The notes under the pieces: generated by a model
What the model was told of the DNA's origin: nothing
The model's database searches: none
What the model saw: only the letters and a program-made list of their open reading frames with translations
Shown: piece by piece, positions 20,005 through 30,380 of the stretch
Numbering within the stretch: the stretch's first letter is position 1
Layout: each line of letters begins with the position of its first letter
Virus record (IMG/VR): IMGVR_UViG_3300042905_002309
Coordinates: 105,278-169,277 of that record
Length of the DNA stretch: 64,000 bases
DNA from: a virus
Lineage: Duplodnaviria; Heunggongvirae; Uroviricota; Caudoviricetes
Direction: 5' to 3' (one strand)
Position numbers and translations under genes: made by a program

Positions 20005-20547
20005 ATGAGTACAATTAAGAATAATTTTATACAAAGAAACAACAACAAAAACACTAACAGTTTTTTTGATGCGGGTAAATATATTGACGAAATATTAGCA
20101 AATGATAAATATGCATATATCATACCTAATTCTTCATTGTACAATCTAGCCGTTAAACAGTATAATACTAATATCGAAAATACATTAATTCGACCATCAG
20201 TACCATCTTGGTTTTGTGGTAAGATTAATCCAGCTACAGGAGAATTGATATCGACTTTAACGGACGAAGAACTTAGAGTTATTGGTGGGGTAAGTCCAAC
20301 TAATGCAAATACCCAACCACCTTTATCTTCCCTTATAAATTTATGGCCTGTTGATGAATGTTTAAGTACTGGATTACCCGGTTCTACTGGATATAGCACA
20401 TGTGAATCTGTGGATGAAATAATAGATTCTACTACTGACTACAATAGTTCAGTAGATTCCTATCCACACGAACCAATTTTTATTAAAGGTGATAAACGAC
20501 ATTTCGATGATGTAGTAGGTGATATCATCAGTGGAAATTGGTGGTAA
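20005..20547 (+). CDS. Hypothetical structural protein
   Basis: ORF directly after gp5-like gene; likely start ATG 20005. Confidence 0.65.
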   Translation: MSTIKNNFIQRNNNKNTNSFFDAGKYIDEILANDKYAYIIPNSSLYNLAVKQYNTNIENTLIRPSVPSWFCGKINPATGELISTLTDEELRVIGGVSPTNANTQPPLSSLINLWPVDECLSTGLPGSTGYSTCESVDEIIDSTTDYNSSVDSYPHEPIFIKGDKRHFDDVVGDIISGNWW

Positions 20548-20555
20548 GGAGAAAT

Positions 20556-21839
20556 ATGAGTACAGAAAAAGTAACACCAGTTGAACCAACCGAAGTAATA
20601 ACAACACCAGCAAAACCAGTTAATGCGACTGATAGACTTGGTTGTTTAAAAACTCTAGCAGGATTAAATCAAAGTAAAACTGTTACATTTAAAGAACGTG
20701 CAGTAATGTTACGAGATTTAGCAATTAAAAATGCTCAAGTTTATATCAAAGCTTTTGTTGAACAAGTAACTGCACCGATCAACGCAATTATAGATCAATT
20801 AGCTGCAAGTTGGGATCAAGCCAAAGCTTTATATCAAGGTAGAAATGAATTAGCTCAACAATTACAAAGAGATGCATTAGAAAAATTACCAGCCATCCCA
20901 CCAATGGCAAGTGGTGCTGCATCATGTTTAATCAACGGTACAATACCTTTATCTACTGATGTGATAAATCCTGTACAAGACCCTACTAAACCTGTTAATG
21001 TTGTCACTACAAGCATTGTAGGTACTATAGAAAGCACTCCACCTAGCAATAATCCAGCTAATATTGGTATATTATCATCTGCTGATTTAATTAAAAAACA
21101 ACAAGATAGTGATAGTAAATTATTAAAAAGTGAAAAAGCTACGGTTATCTTGAGTAGAATGACGGATTCGCTTAGTGGCTCTCCTAGTGATATGAGAGAT
21201 ACAATTGAATCTGTTAGCGGCAAACATCCTGATCTCGATAGTATTATAGCATTACATCCATTAGGACAACCATATTCAGAATATGCATCTTCTACCATTA
21301 CGTCATATACACCTGATAAACCATCTTTACCTTTAGGACAATGGAAACAGATAACTACACTATTAGGAGAAAAGGCAGCAAAACCAGAAGCTATTAAACG
21401 TAGTATGAGATTTAAATTACCACCAAAAATTTTAGTAGAAATTGACTATGCTTATGATAAAACAAACGAACAGTTATTGAGTAATTTACCTAACGAATTT
21501 CAAAAGGGTTCATCACGTATAACTGGTGGTGTAAATGTTAAAGGTGGTACAAAGGCATCAGGATTTCATTTACTAGGTGATAAATCTTACTTAGAAAATC
21601 ATATACAAAATCCACTATTTCTAACACCATATTTAACTAGTGTATTGGCTGCTATGGGACCAAAAATTTATTTGAATAGAGTATTAACTCCATCCACAGA
21701 TAATATTACAGTCTCAAAAAACCCATATCAAGATAATGTCGAATTATATCCATGTACTTTAGATGCTAGAGGTAATATTATTAGAGAACCTATTAAAACG
21801 GTTAATGAATCTAGTATTAAACCTGTAGTAACAAATTAA
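20556..21839 (+). CDS. Hypothetical structural protein
   Basis: AAGGAG SD before ATG 20556; converges on the baseplate operon. Confidence 0.7.
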   Translation: MSTEKVTPVEPTEVITTPAKPVNATDRLGCLKTLAGLNQSKTVTFKERAVMLRDLAIKNAQVYIKAFVEQVTAPINAIIDQLAASWDQAKALYQGRNELAQQLQRDALEKLPAIPPMASGAASCLINGTIPLSTDVINPVQDPTKPVNVVTTSIVGTIESTPPSNNPANIGILSSADLIKKQQDSDSKLLKSEKATVILSRMTDSLSGSPSDMRDTIESVSGKHPDLDSIIALHPLGQPYSEYASSTITSYTPDKPSLPLGQWKQITTLLGEKAAKPEAIKRSMRFKLPPKILVEIDYAYDKTNEQLLSNLPNEFQKGSSRITGGVNVKGGTKASGFHLLGDKSYLENHIQNPLFLTPYLTSVLAAMGPKIYLNRVLTPSTDNITVSKNPYQDNVELYPCTLDARGNIIREPIKTVNESSIKPVVTN

Positions 21840-23383
21840 GCAACTGTTTTATCGATCTTCAAATCGTCATAACTGTGTAACTTAACTGCATAAACTTCGT
21901 TAACATATGAACCATCACCACGGAAGATGTGTTTTACATTTGTTGTAAACCATTGTCCTAAAAGCTTGTAATCCATTTTATTATCACTGAAAGACATACG
22001 ATCAATACCAATAAAACGTCCTGTTTGTCTAATAGGAAGACCTACAGCCTGAAAGCGCATACACTGGTTAAGGAATAAAGCCCAATGTAACATATCACCA
22101 ACACCATGACGGATAATAGCATCTTTATCACTTCGTGGGGAATATACAGGTCGGATTGTGCTGTTATCGGTCTTATTCTTATTAATGGTAATCAATGGGT
22201 ATAAACCTTTAACTAACAAGTTTTTATCGATATACATTGTCTTTACCTTATCAACTATTTTGGTAGGATTACTATCAGCTAAATTAATTGAGAACGTTTT
22301 ATTCTTAAAGTCATAACTATGTACAGGAGTAGAAACCATAAGACTTGTATTGATATCAGTAGACATATCAACAAATTGGTAAGCCTTAATAAGACCTGAA
22401 TGGAAATCTTTATCAGTCTGATATTCTTGTGATTTAGGTGCTTTTAATACTGATGTAGAGGGTTCACCAACAAGTTCTTCAAGATACATATGTTCTAGCT
22501 GATATTCTTTAGGAATATTCGGACTATTACCAGCACGTTTAAAAAATTCATTTATAGGTATAAAAGAAAATTCACCTGTATCACGTTCTTTATTAAAAAT
22601 ACAAATATCACGTTCATTTAATGGTGCTATTGTAGTGGATTTTTTACTCATATGATGTTGTAACAAATATTGAATATTCTGCCATATATTTTTATCACTA
22701 TAAGTCGAATAAAATAATTCAGTAGAACCTTCATCAAAATTAGATGAAATAGGAAATCCATGATCAGTTAAAATTGATTTAATTGCAATACCTGTTGGCA
22801 TTTTACGCTCATCATCTGATGCTTGTGCTGGATCATATGCATCACCCAATTTACGATATGTAGGATTTAGTGTAGATTTAGCTGTAGACCACTGTATTTT
22901 ATTATCAAGCATTTTTTGATAATCTGCATCCCAAAAATAAAACTTCTTTTTCTTTCCACCTACATCAGCAGAAGTTAAATCTTCTTTATCATAGATTACA
23001 CAGTGATGTGTCATTACCCATTGTTTCTTAGGTAATTTACCGTCAGGGTCTACAAGATTTATAGTTATATCAAGATAATCTCTACCATCATTTCTAAAAA
23101 CATAAGGTTTATTAGTTTCAGCATTAAGTTTAAGTTTGGCATCTGGAACTGAATTTGTTAAAGCAGTATTTGATTCCATAACTCGTTCAATTACTTCATG
23201 CGGATTTTGATAGATAAAAAAACCACGAATAGGCCAAAAGTGTAAATCATCTTCAATTTCGAGATGATCGATTGCGGCTATATTTAGATACCAAGTTTCA
23301 CCAGAGGGATTGAATATTTTCAAATCAACCATATAATGTTTACTATTATATTGTTTATAAATTTTACTATTATCTGTAGACAT
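21836..23383 (-). CDS. Baseplate hub protein (gp27-like / late control D-like)
   Basis: 515 aa next to gp53; C-terminus has hub-like pattern (G...RQTGRFIGID...LLGQWF.TNVKHIF...YVNEVYAVK). Confidence 0.65.
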   Translation of the reverse strand: MSTDNSKIYKQYNSKHYMVDLKIFNPSGETWYLNIAAIDHLEIEDDLHFWPIRGFFIYQNPHEVIERVMESNTALTNSVPDAKLKLNAETNKPYVFRNDGRDYLDITINLVDPDGKLPKKQWVMTHHCVIYDKEDLTSADVGGKKKKFYFWDADYQKMLDNKIQWSTAKSTLNPTYRKLGDAYDPAQASDDERKMPTGIAIKSILTDHGFPISSNFDEGSTELFYSTYSDKNIWQNIQYLLQHHMSKKSTTIAPLNERDICIFNKERDTGEFSFIPINEFFKRAGNSPNIPKEYQLEHMYLEELVGEPSTSVLKAPKSQEYQTDKDFHSGLIKAYQFVDMSTDINTSLMVSTPVHSYDFKNKTFSINLADSNPTKIVDKVKTMYIDKNLLVKGLYPLITINKNKTDNSTIRPVYSPRSDKDAIIRHGVGDMLHWALFLNQCMRFQAVGLPIRQTGRFIGIDRMSFSDNKMDYKLLGQWFTTNVKHIFRGDGSYVNEVYAVKLHSYDDLKIDKTVA

Positions 23384-23384
23384 T

Positions 23385-23735
23385 CTATACCTCAGTCAAT
23401 CTGGCTAATATACTTTTAACTGTATCAATACGTATGATTTTTAAAATGGTTCCACCTTCGGGTTGTTTGGTAGGATTATCTATTTGATTTGCTGCACACA
23501 CAATCCACCACAATTTAACATTTTTATAGGCTTTATATGCGATATTTGGATAAGTTTCATCTGGCAATGTCTGATAATAATCGAATACATCAGGGTCTAA
23601 TTCATTAGGAAAATCTACTTTCTTTAATAAATTGTAGTAATAAAAGTTATTTTCATCTGTATAAATGTTGAAAATATTCTCGTAATTTTCAGATGTTATC
23701 TGATCAGCTTTAGTTGTTATATCAGTTATTTTCAT
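23385..23735 (-). CDS. 53: Baseplate wedge protein (T4 gp53-like, LysM-like)
   Basis: YQTLPDETYPNIAYKAYKNVKLWWIVCAANQIDNP motif. Confidence 0.85.
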   Translation of the reverse strand: MKITDITTKADQITSENYENIFNIYTDENNFYYYNLLKKVDFPNELDPDVFDYYQTLPDETYPNIAYKAYKNVKLWWIVCAANQIDNPTKQPEGGTILKIIRIDTVKSILARLTEV

Positions 23736-24673
23736 TCTGTTTTAATTCCCAACATAGTCTTTACCTCAAATGTAGCAGCTTGACCCGCATGACCAACTTC
23801 TGCTAATGTTGACGCTACTCTGTTACTAGAATCAATTGCCATAATACGTCTATTGTTTACTGCCGCATCTAATAATTGTCTAGATTCTACTATCAATTCA
23901 GTTATAGTTATAGCAAATTTATAAGCATCTGGAACAATTTTACCCACACCATCAAGACTTATTTGATTCATCTGACCAACATTACTAACTACCATATTAG
24001 ATATTACCGCTGCTGGTGAATATCTAATACCGGGTATTTTAACTGTAAATAACGCTGGTGGTGAAATCATAGTTGCAGTTTGTTGATCATGTAATGCAGA
24101 CATTAAAAGTCTATTTCTTAATACCATATTAGCTTTAATTTGTTTATTGTCATTAGCAGTACCACCAATTGTGTTAAATAAATGAAAATTAAATGTGTAT
24201 GTAGCAGGGGCCGAACCTTGCCAGATTCTCTGTTGATTAATATTTGAACCGGGTGCCTTTTGCATCGCCTTTTGTACATTTTGTATAGTTGTTGCTATAG
24301 TACCAGCAATTTCACCTTCCAATAATCCCTTTGATACATCCCATGTCTGTGATACATTATGATCATATTCTTCAAAATAAGGAAATATAAATCGTGCTTT
24401 AGTTTCTTTTGCAGAATACAATCCCTGATAAGGATTATCGGACTCTGATAATGTTTTAGATTTAGCTGCTTGTGTATACCAATAATTCAAACTTGCATAT
24501 AACGTTGATACATCTTGTTCAAATTCAATTAATTCAATAACGGGTACATTGATTCTTTGTTTTGAAGGTGTTATAGTCCAAGGATAATCTTCTACAATAT
24601 TGTAATTAGTGTTACCACCACTCGCACTATTCCAATTTTTACCATCTAAATTTATTAGTTGTATAGTTGACAT
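23732..24673 (-). CDS. Baseplate-tail tube junction protein (gp48/gp54-like)
   Basis: Tube-fold pattern YTFNFHLFN...PPALFTVKIPG...AVISNMVVSNVG...DAYKFAITITEL, between tape measure and gp53. Confidence 0.65.
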   Translation of the reverse strand: MSTIQLINLDGKNWNSASGGNTNYNIVEDYPWTITPSKQRINVPVIELIEFEQDVSTLYASLNYWYTQAAKSKTLSESDNPYQGLYSAKETKARFIFPYFEEYDHNVSQTWDVSKGLLEGEIAGTIATTIQNVQKAMQKAPGSNINQQRIWQGSAPATYTFNFHLFNTIGGTANDNKQIKANMVLRNRLLMSALHDQQTATMISPPALFTVKIPGIRYSPAAVISNMVVSNVGQMNQISLDGVGKIVPDAYKFAITITELIVESRQLLDAAVNNRRIMAIDSSNRVASTLAEVGHAGQAATFEVKTMLGIKTE

Positions 24674-24674
24674 A

Positions 24675-27272
24675 TTATCCTCTTAAACTGTTCTGTAAAA
24701 TCTTATTACGATAATCAAAAATTTCATCTCTTGAATGTGTTACATCTGGTTGTGCAGGTGAAGGTGCAGGTGCAGGAATTAAATTAGGCAACATTTTCAA
24801 TTGATCTCCATTCACATTAAGAAGATTATTGAAAATTTCCGTGTGACTCTTTATTATAGCATTCTGTTCTGTCATACTAGTATTTAAAGCTTTTAATCCC
24901 TTTTCAATGTTTTCGAAGGTTTTACCTAATGCATCATCTTTCTTAGCATAAGTATCACCAGAAGTACGTTTGTATAATTTATCATCTTTAGCTGACTGAT
25001 AAGTAACCGTCTTTGCCATATAATCATGTGCTACAAACTTAGTTGGAACTGGTGCAGTAGCACGTTCAGATTCTCTTTGTTGTTTAACCACTCTAATAGC
25101 ATCTGTATATTTCTCTTCAATTTTCTTTTTATCTTCTGGTGATTCTGCACGAGCGTATTCAGCCTTATATCTTCTTACACGAGCTTCATCATCCATTGCA
25201 GCAATTCTATATTTCTCATGAATGGCTTCTTGTTGTTCAGGAGTTTTACCCTGTAATTCAGCCGTTTTAGATGTCATTAATGATTTAGACGTTTTACCCT
25301 TACTTTGAGTCGCTTCATTAGGGAATAATTCTTCATCCTTTTTGGTAGCATCTAATCCCATCATAGCAAACGCAAATTGAACCCACTTTGGTTGTTTTCT
25401 TAACCAACCAACCATCATCTTTTTAATTGGTGATTCACCTTTAGCATAAGCCTTTTGAGCACCTGAATCTATTATTTCATCTAAAAATCCTAACCCACCT
25501 AACATTCCACCACCTAAAGCTAATCCTATTTTGGCTAAACCCAACTCCCACTGACCACTAAATAAAGCACCAAACCCCTCACTAAGAATAATTAAATTAC
25601 CAAGTATAGGTATATTTTTAGCCTTCTTCAAAAAGACATCTTTCCACCATTTATTCATTGAATCATTCTTGCGATTCTGCATACCACCAGCCTTAATATC
25701 TGCTCCAATATTCAACATATCAAGCATTATACTTATACCCATAGCAGCAGGGGTCATATTCCATCCGGGTATCATCATATTAATACCATTGACTAAATCT
25801 ATTAAACCACCAACCCAATCTTGATTAGCAAATCTTTTAAACATGGAATAAAAAGATATTCCTGATGAAACAAAAGGTATTCTCTTTAACAAACTCTTAC
25901 CAAGGGTGCTCCATATACCCTTTCCACCAATTCCAACAGCAAATTTCCAAACACTTTGAACAGTTTGTGTTGAAAGCACTTTACCAAAAATCGTACCCTT
26001 CTCAACAATCTTTAATAATATATCTTGTACAAAGGTACTCAACATATTTGTAAATCCTGTAAAGAATTTAGTTATTCCTGTGAATTTACTAAAACCACTT
26101 AAAACAGATTTACCGAAATCAGCAATATGTCCAAAGATACCTTTTGTTGCAACCATTACACGTTCACCAACACTTACAAATTCCTTTTGAGCCATTATAC
26201 TATAACCCTTTAAAAAAACGTTAAGTTTAAGACTTGCTGCATTTATCCCAAATTTTACAATACCAACGATACCTTTACCCATAGCAGGGAATACTGATGG
26301 ATGTAATAATCCAGCTATAATAATATCATCAAAAAGCTTTTTAATAGGAAAGAAATTTGGACTGTTTATGATATCACCAATTTTCTTACGATGAATCCAC
26401 GCCATTATACCACCAGCCACCAAACTAAGAGTAGCAATAGAACCAGCAACCAATATACCCTTTACAAGTTTCCACGCCATACCCAATATAGTATCATCCA
26501 CACCAGCAGGTAATACAGCATCTTTAGTTTTATTTACCTTATCCTTATGAGTTTTTTCATCCCACTTAGTTAATTCATCCAACGATTTCCTTGAAAATCC
26601 AGCAATCTTAACTTCTTGTAAATCTTCAAAAACAGTATCCTTTTTCTTTATTTCTTTATTGGACACCATTTCATGATATTTCTTAAACCAAACTGGTTCA
26701 CCTTTATTCTTCATTTCATCAGGTGTGTTCTTTAAGGATAATTTAGGACGTTCCTTTGTTTCTACCGTTGTAAATTTAGCCTCTGGATTTAAATTGGCTT
26801 CTTTAATATTCCCTTTACCCTCATCAAATGTAGCCATAGGCTTCTTAGAAGCTTTAAAATCTAAGAAAGAAAGATTCCAATCTTTGAACTTCTTAGTAAT
26901 CTTCTCAAAATTCTTCGTTAAGTCATTAGATAAATTCTCAAGTTTAGTCGTACTGGCAGAGGTAACAATACTCTTATTGTCAATCTTCAAATCCTTGAAA
27001 AGCTTCTTAATCTCTTTATCAACAGTCTCCTTGATGTTTACAGGTTCTGATTTGACTTGAAAAGCATCTTTAAGTTTCTGTTCGTAGTCTGTAGATATGT
27101 CAGAAGAAGAAACACCTTTGAATACATCAGAGATTTTAGATGCAAGTTCCTGTACTAAGGCAGGATTTTGATAAAACATCTCAGAAATGTAATTAGAGAT
27201 GTCTAATTGCCCATCACCAGTTAAAGTGATGTCAGGAGTGTCAAAAGTTAGATTAATTGTACCAGTACTCAT
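24675..27272 (-). CDS. Tape measure protein (gp29-like)
   Basis: 865 aa helical, Gly/Ala-rich hydrophobic centre (LLKRIPFVSSGIS...DWVGGLIDL); follows chaperone genes; TATAAATA 5 nt upstream. Confidence 0.8.
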   Translation of the reverse strand: MSTGTINLTFDTPDITLTGDGQLDISNYISEMFYQNPALVQELASKISDVFKGVSSSDISTDYEQKLKDAFQVKSEPVNIKETVDKEIKKLFKDLKIDNKSIVTSASTTKLENLSNDLTKNFEKITKKFKDWNLSFLDFKASKKPMATFDEGKGNIKEANLNPEAKFTTVETKERPKLSLKNTPDEMKNKGEPVWFKKYHEMVSNKEIKKKDTVFEDLQEVKIAGFSRKSLDELTKWDEKTHKDKVNKTKDAVLPAGVDDTILGMAWKLVKGILVAGSIATLSLVAGGIMAWIHRKKIGDIINSPNFFPIKKLFDDIIIAGLLHPSVFPAMGKGIVGIVKFGINAASLKLNVFLKGYSIMAQKEFVSVGERVMVATKGIFGHIADFGKSVLSGFSKFTGITKFFTGFTNMLSTFVQDILLKIVEKGTIFGKVLSTQTVQSVWKFAVGIGGKGIWSTLGKSLLKRIPFVSSGISFYSMFKRFANQDWVGGLIDLVNGINMMIPGWNMTPAAMGISIMLDMLNIGADIKAGGMQNRKNDSMNKWWKDVFLKKAKNIPILGNLIILSEGFGALFSGQWELGLAKIGLALGGGMLGGLGFLDEIIDSGAQKAYAKGESPIKKMMVGWLRKQPKWVQFAFAMMGLDATKKDEELFPNEATQSKGKTSKSLMTSKTAELQGKTPEQQEAIHEKYRIAAMDDEARVRRYKAEYARAESPEDKKKIEEKYTDAIRVVKQQRESERATAPVPTKFVAHDYMAKTVTYQSAKDDKLYKRTSGDTYAKKDDALGKTFENIEKGLKALNTSMTEQNAIIKSHTEIFNNLLNVNGDQLKMLPNLIPAPAPSPAQPDVTHSRDEIFDYRNKILQNSLRG

Positions 27273-27277
27273 GTAAT

Positions 27278-27285
27278 TATTTATA
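27278..27285 (-). promoter_or_regulatory. T4-type late promoter TATAAATA (tape measure gene)
   Basis: Exact TATAAATA on minus strand 5 nt before ATG 27272. Confidence 0.7.
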
Positions 27286-27300
27286 ATAAAAGGTATTTTT

Positions 27301-27528
27301 CTACTGGATTCTTATTGGTGAACCTATAGTTTGCGCTGGTTTACCTTCTGGTGGATTCTCTCGACTCTGTTCATCATCGTACATAGAAAGAAATACCTCA
27401 CGTTCAGCAGGGGGTAAATTCTCTATGTATTGTGAATCAAAACCCACTTTATGCGTTAATACATAAATGTCTTGAAACACCTGAGATAAATTCGAATTAA
27501 ACAGTGTTTTTAAGAGAGTGTAAAAAAA
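27301..27528 (-). CDS. gp51-like baseplate/tail assembly chaperone segment reached by -1 frameshift from the gp26-like gene
   Basis: Frame reads FFYTLLKTLFNSNLSQVFQDIYVLTHKVGFDSQYIENLPPAEREVFLSMY...; no ATG at the 5' end; begins at the T-TTT-TTT heptamer 27522-27528. Confidence 0.75.
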   Translation of the reverse strand, partial: FFYTLLKTLFNSNLSQVFQDIYVLTHKVGFDSQYIENLPPAEREVFLSMYDDEQSRENPPEGKPAQTIGSPIRIQ

Positions 27529-28388
27529 CTTGCATCAATTTTCAACCTCTCTTCAATTACTTTTCCGTTAAGGTTGTATTTAAATAACAAGATTTGTTCA
27601 ATTTCTTTATTAACTGTACCAATATAATCAATTACCTTCTTGATAACTAGTGATGGCAATTGTCCCAAAATCTGTATACGACTCTTTACATCGATGTTTT
27701 TAAGATCAATCTCAATAGTAGTACCAGCTTCAAGATCGTGAATATTAATAACCTTGATATATTTCACCAATTCATTAATAAACACATTACCAATAGTTTC
27801 ACGTAATTCACTCTCATTATTGATGTCAATCTGGTTATTATTCTTACGTAATTGATTCTCAAGATTAAATTCATCAGAAATGGTTGGTAATGAGCATAGA
27901 ACGTCGAAGATGCCCTTATCATCTGTAACCGTAATAGGTGCTATCTTAGCATGTTTAAGGGCTTCTACAGCCAAATTAGCTAGGTCTACGGTCAAAGTAA
28001 CAGGAACTTCTTTTACCTCAGTAGTTTCCTCATCCTTTTTAACTTCTGGTTTAGGAATATTAAAAGTAATCTTAAAGTCATTTCCAATAGATTTTGAACG
28101 CATTACCAAAGAGATGATCAACTTATCCATGATTGTAAAATCACCAACATTAAGTTTTTCAATACAATTCTCTTCAATAATCTGTTTCAAAGCAAAAATA
28201 AACTCAGTATTGTATGCAGGAGAGTCAATAATAGCTTTCAAAAGACGTTTCTGTTGAGAAGTATTGATCTGACGGAACATTACATTTCTATCCAAAGAAG
28301 GGATAAAAATCTCATACGCAAAGCCCTCGTTTGCACGATTCATAAGCTTTAAAATATCATTTACATTACCTGTTTTTGTTTGTTCCAT
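27510..28388 (-). CDS. Baseplate hub / tail assembly chaperone (T4 gp26-like)
   Basis: YEIFIPSLDRNVMFRQINTSQQKRLL, DKLIISLVMRSKSIG, ends IDASFFTLS; AGGAG precedes ATG 28388 (track starts 28415). Confidence 0.75.
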   Translation of the reverse strand: MEQTKTGNVNDILKLMNRANEGFAYEIFIPSLDRNVMFRQINTSQQKRLLKAIIDSPAYNTEFIFALKQIIEENCIEKLNVGDFTIMDKLIISLVMRSKSIGNDFKITFNIPKPEVKKDEETTEVKEVPVTLTVDLANLAVEALKHAKIAPITVTDDKGIFDVLCSLPTISDEFNLENQLRKNNNQIDINNESELRETIGNVFINELVKYIKVINIHDLEAGTTIEIDLKNIDVKSRIQILGQLPSLVIKKVIDYIGTVNKEIEQILLFKYNLNGKVIEERLKIDASFFTLS

Positions 28389-28436
28389 AAGAATACTCCT
28401 ATAATTATTTAACAAGGTGGGTTAAATTGCAAGTGA

Positions 28437-30290
28437 TTACTTACTTCTTAGTACATCATTAGCAGGAGTTGGAATGTATACAAATTTAATCGTTTTACTT
28501 GGTTCTGTAACTTTAGTAGGATTTGGTTTAACGTTTCCAACTTGTTCTTTACCAGTTAAATGATCATTAGAATCAGGATTTGGTAAAATATTCTGTAAAT
28601 CATGTAAACCATCAGGTCTATCATTTTGATCGATTGATTTACCACCTACAATTATTTCACCATGTCTGACATCATTTATAGGTGGATTTGGTCTGACTAT
28701 ATATGATAACAACGCATTAGGTTTAATACCATTTATACCGATTGCATCCTTTGAATCAGTAAATACAGGTTTATAAGGAAGATTAGGATCAGAACCCACA
28801 GTACTTATATTAGGTGTATCGTTCTTTGGAGTTGCAATATTTGTGTTTGTATAAGAAGGATTACCCAATTCTCTACCAACACCATTTTGTACATGATGTG
28901 TAGCATCGTCATTTCTACCATTTGGATTAAGTTTTTCAAGAGTACTTGTAACAGCTACATTTAATCCTTCAATAGCAGTATTTAAAGGTTTTGTAACAGT
29001 TTGTTCACCCTTAACAATCCAACTCAAGGTAGTACCGTCCACAGCACCTAAAGTGTTATTAATAGCGGTTTGTACCATACCGATTGCTTGAGTTTCATAA
29101 CCCTTTAATTTAGAATCTAACATAGCTGTGAATTTATCCATAATTCCTGCTTTATTTTTTGTTGGGCCTTTTATAACACCCGCAGGAGATAATGTAGTCT
29201 CAGTCAATCCATTCATAATAGCATCAGCATAATTAATAGTTCTTACCATATCAGTTTCATTATTAGTTCTAGTTAAAAATCTACCAGTTATGTCGCCTAA
29301 TTGATTTTCAGTTCTCATTATACTTTCAAACAAAGTACCTTCACCATTTTTAATGGTATCCATAGTATAAGTTTTAAACCCAAATTTAACTGTACGTAAT
29401 GTTGGTGATGTGTCTTGAGTATAATTATATTCCATGTTATCAACATCCATAGGAACACAATCAGAATACGTGAAAATTTTTCTTGGTACAAATCCATTAC
29501 CTGTGGCTGTTTTTCCAAATCCACCTGTTCCCCCGTTACCACCAATTCTAGTTAATGCAATCATAGTGATATTTGCTTTTAATTTAGACTCTTTTAAACT
29601 TGCGTGTGATACAGCAACCATCCAAGGACGTAAAACATAATCTACAAATGAAGTATTATTTTCTAATATTTTAACATCTAAAGTATTAAACGGTGTTCTA
29701 CCCATACCCACAACACCTTGTATATAACCAGTATTCGTTGTACCAACTCTATTTAAAGTTCCACTATCACCAACCACACTAACGCCTTGGGCTAATAATA
29801 AATGTTTACCATTAAAACTATACTTATTCATTTCCTTTAAATCATATATAAATAAACCCTTTTCATAGGCATTTAAAACTTTACTTACATTTGCACAAAC
29901 GTCTTGAAAATCAATATCGATAAGCCATATATCATTTAATGATATACCACTAAATTTATTTAAAGTCGTCGTTAAAAATTGGTTATATAAATTGTAAAAT
30001 GCTGGATTAAATGGTGTAATAGCAGATTTTAAATCCATATTTTGATTCTGATTTTGAGCACGTTGTTCATATTTTACCCAATCAGGGTTTACTTTAACAG
30101 GAACATTATTTGGAGTTTCTTGAAATTGCGGAAAAGAATCAAGACCACGATCTGCTTCCATATCAAGTATAGGAGTAAATCCAGTATCCTTGAATAAGTC
30201 ATTTGGTGTATATTGAACTGGTGTTTCTTTTTTTAATAGATTAGCAATATTCAAATTCGCTGGTATGAGACTTCTAATTGTTGTTGACAT
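28437..30290 (-). CDS. Tail-tube-fold protein (gp54/gp19-like) with long C-terminal extension
   Basis: Central tube fold (LENNTSFVDYVLRPWM; RKIFTYSDCVPMDVDNMEYNY); Pro/Asn/Asp-rich tail; TATAAATA upstream at 30306-30313. Confidence 0.65.
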   Translation of the reverse strand: MSTTIRSLIPANLNIANLLKKETPVQYTPNDLFKDTGFTPILDMEADRGLDSFPQFQETPNNVPVKVNPDWVKYEQRAQNQNQNMDLKSAITPFNPAFYNLYNQFLTTTLNKFSGISLNDIWLIDIDFQDVCANVSKVLNAYEKGLFIYDLKEMNKYSFNGKHLLLAQGVSVVGDSGTLNRVGTTNTGYIQGVVGMGRTPFNTLDVKILENNTSFVDYVLRPWMVAVSHASLKESKLKANITMIALTRIGGNGGTGGFGKTATGNGFVPRKIFTYSDCVPMDVDNMEYNYTQDTSPTLRTVKFGFKTYTMDTIKNGEGTLFESIMRTENQLGDITGRFLTRTNNETDMVRTINYADAIMNGLTETTLSPAGVIKGPTKNKAGIMDKFTAMLDSKLKGYETQAIGMVQTAINNTLGAVDGTTLSWIVKGEQTVTKPLNTAIEGLNVAVTSTLEKLNPNGRNDDATHHVQNGVGRELGNPSYTNTNIATPKNDTPNISTVGSDPNLPYKPVFTDSKDAIGINGIKPNALLSYIVRPNPPINDVRHGEIIVGGKSIDQNDRPDGLHDLQNILPNPDSNDHLTGKEQVGNVKPNPTKVTEPSKTIKFVYIPTPANDVLRSK

Positions 30291-30322
30291 AATACACCTT
30301 TAAAGTATTTATAAGAAAAGAC

Positions 30323-30360
30323 AAAAAAACACCGTCAAGTTATAAACCTAACGGTGTTTT
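30323..30360 (-). terminator. Rho-independent terminator after tail tube gene
   Basis: AAAACACCGT...ACGGTGTTTT inverted repeat with T run on minus strand. Confidence 0.75.
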
Positions 30361-30380
30361 CAATAATCTTAATGATGAAC

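Noticed and set aside
17551-20399. Several 96-177-aa minus-strand ORFs inside the gp5-like operon
   Set aside because: Fully overlap well-supported plus-strand genes and show no motifs; the same applies to the other nested ORFs in the track
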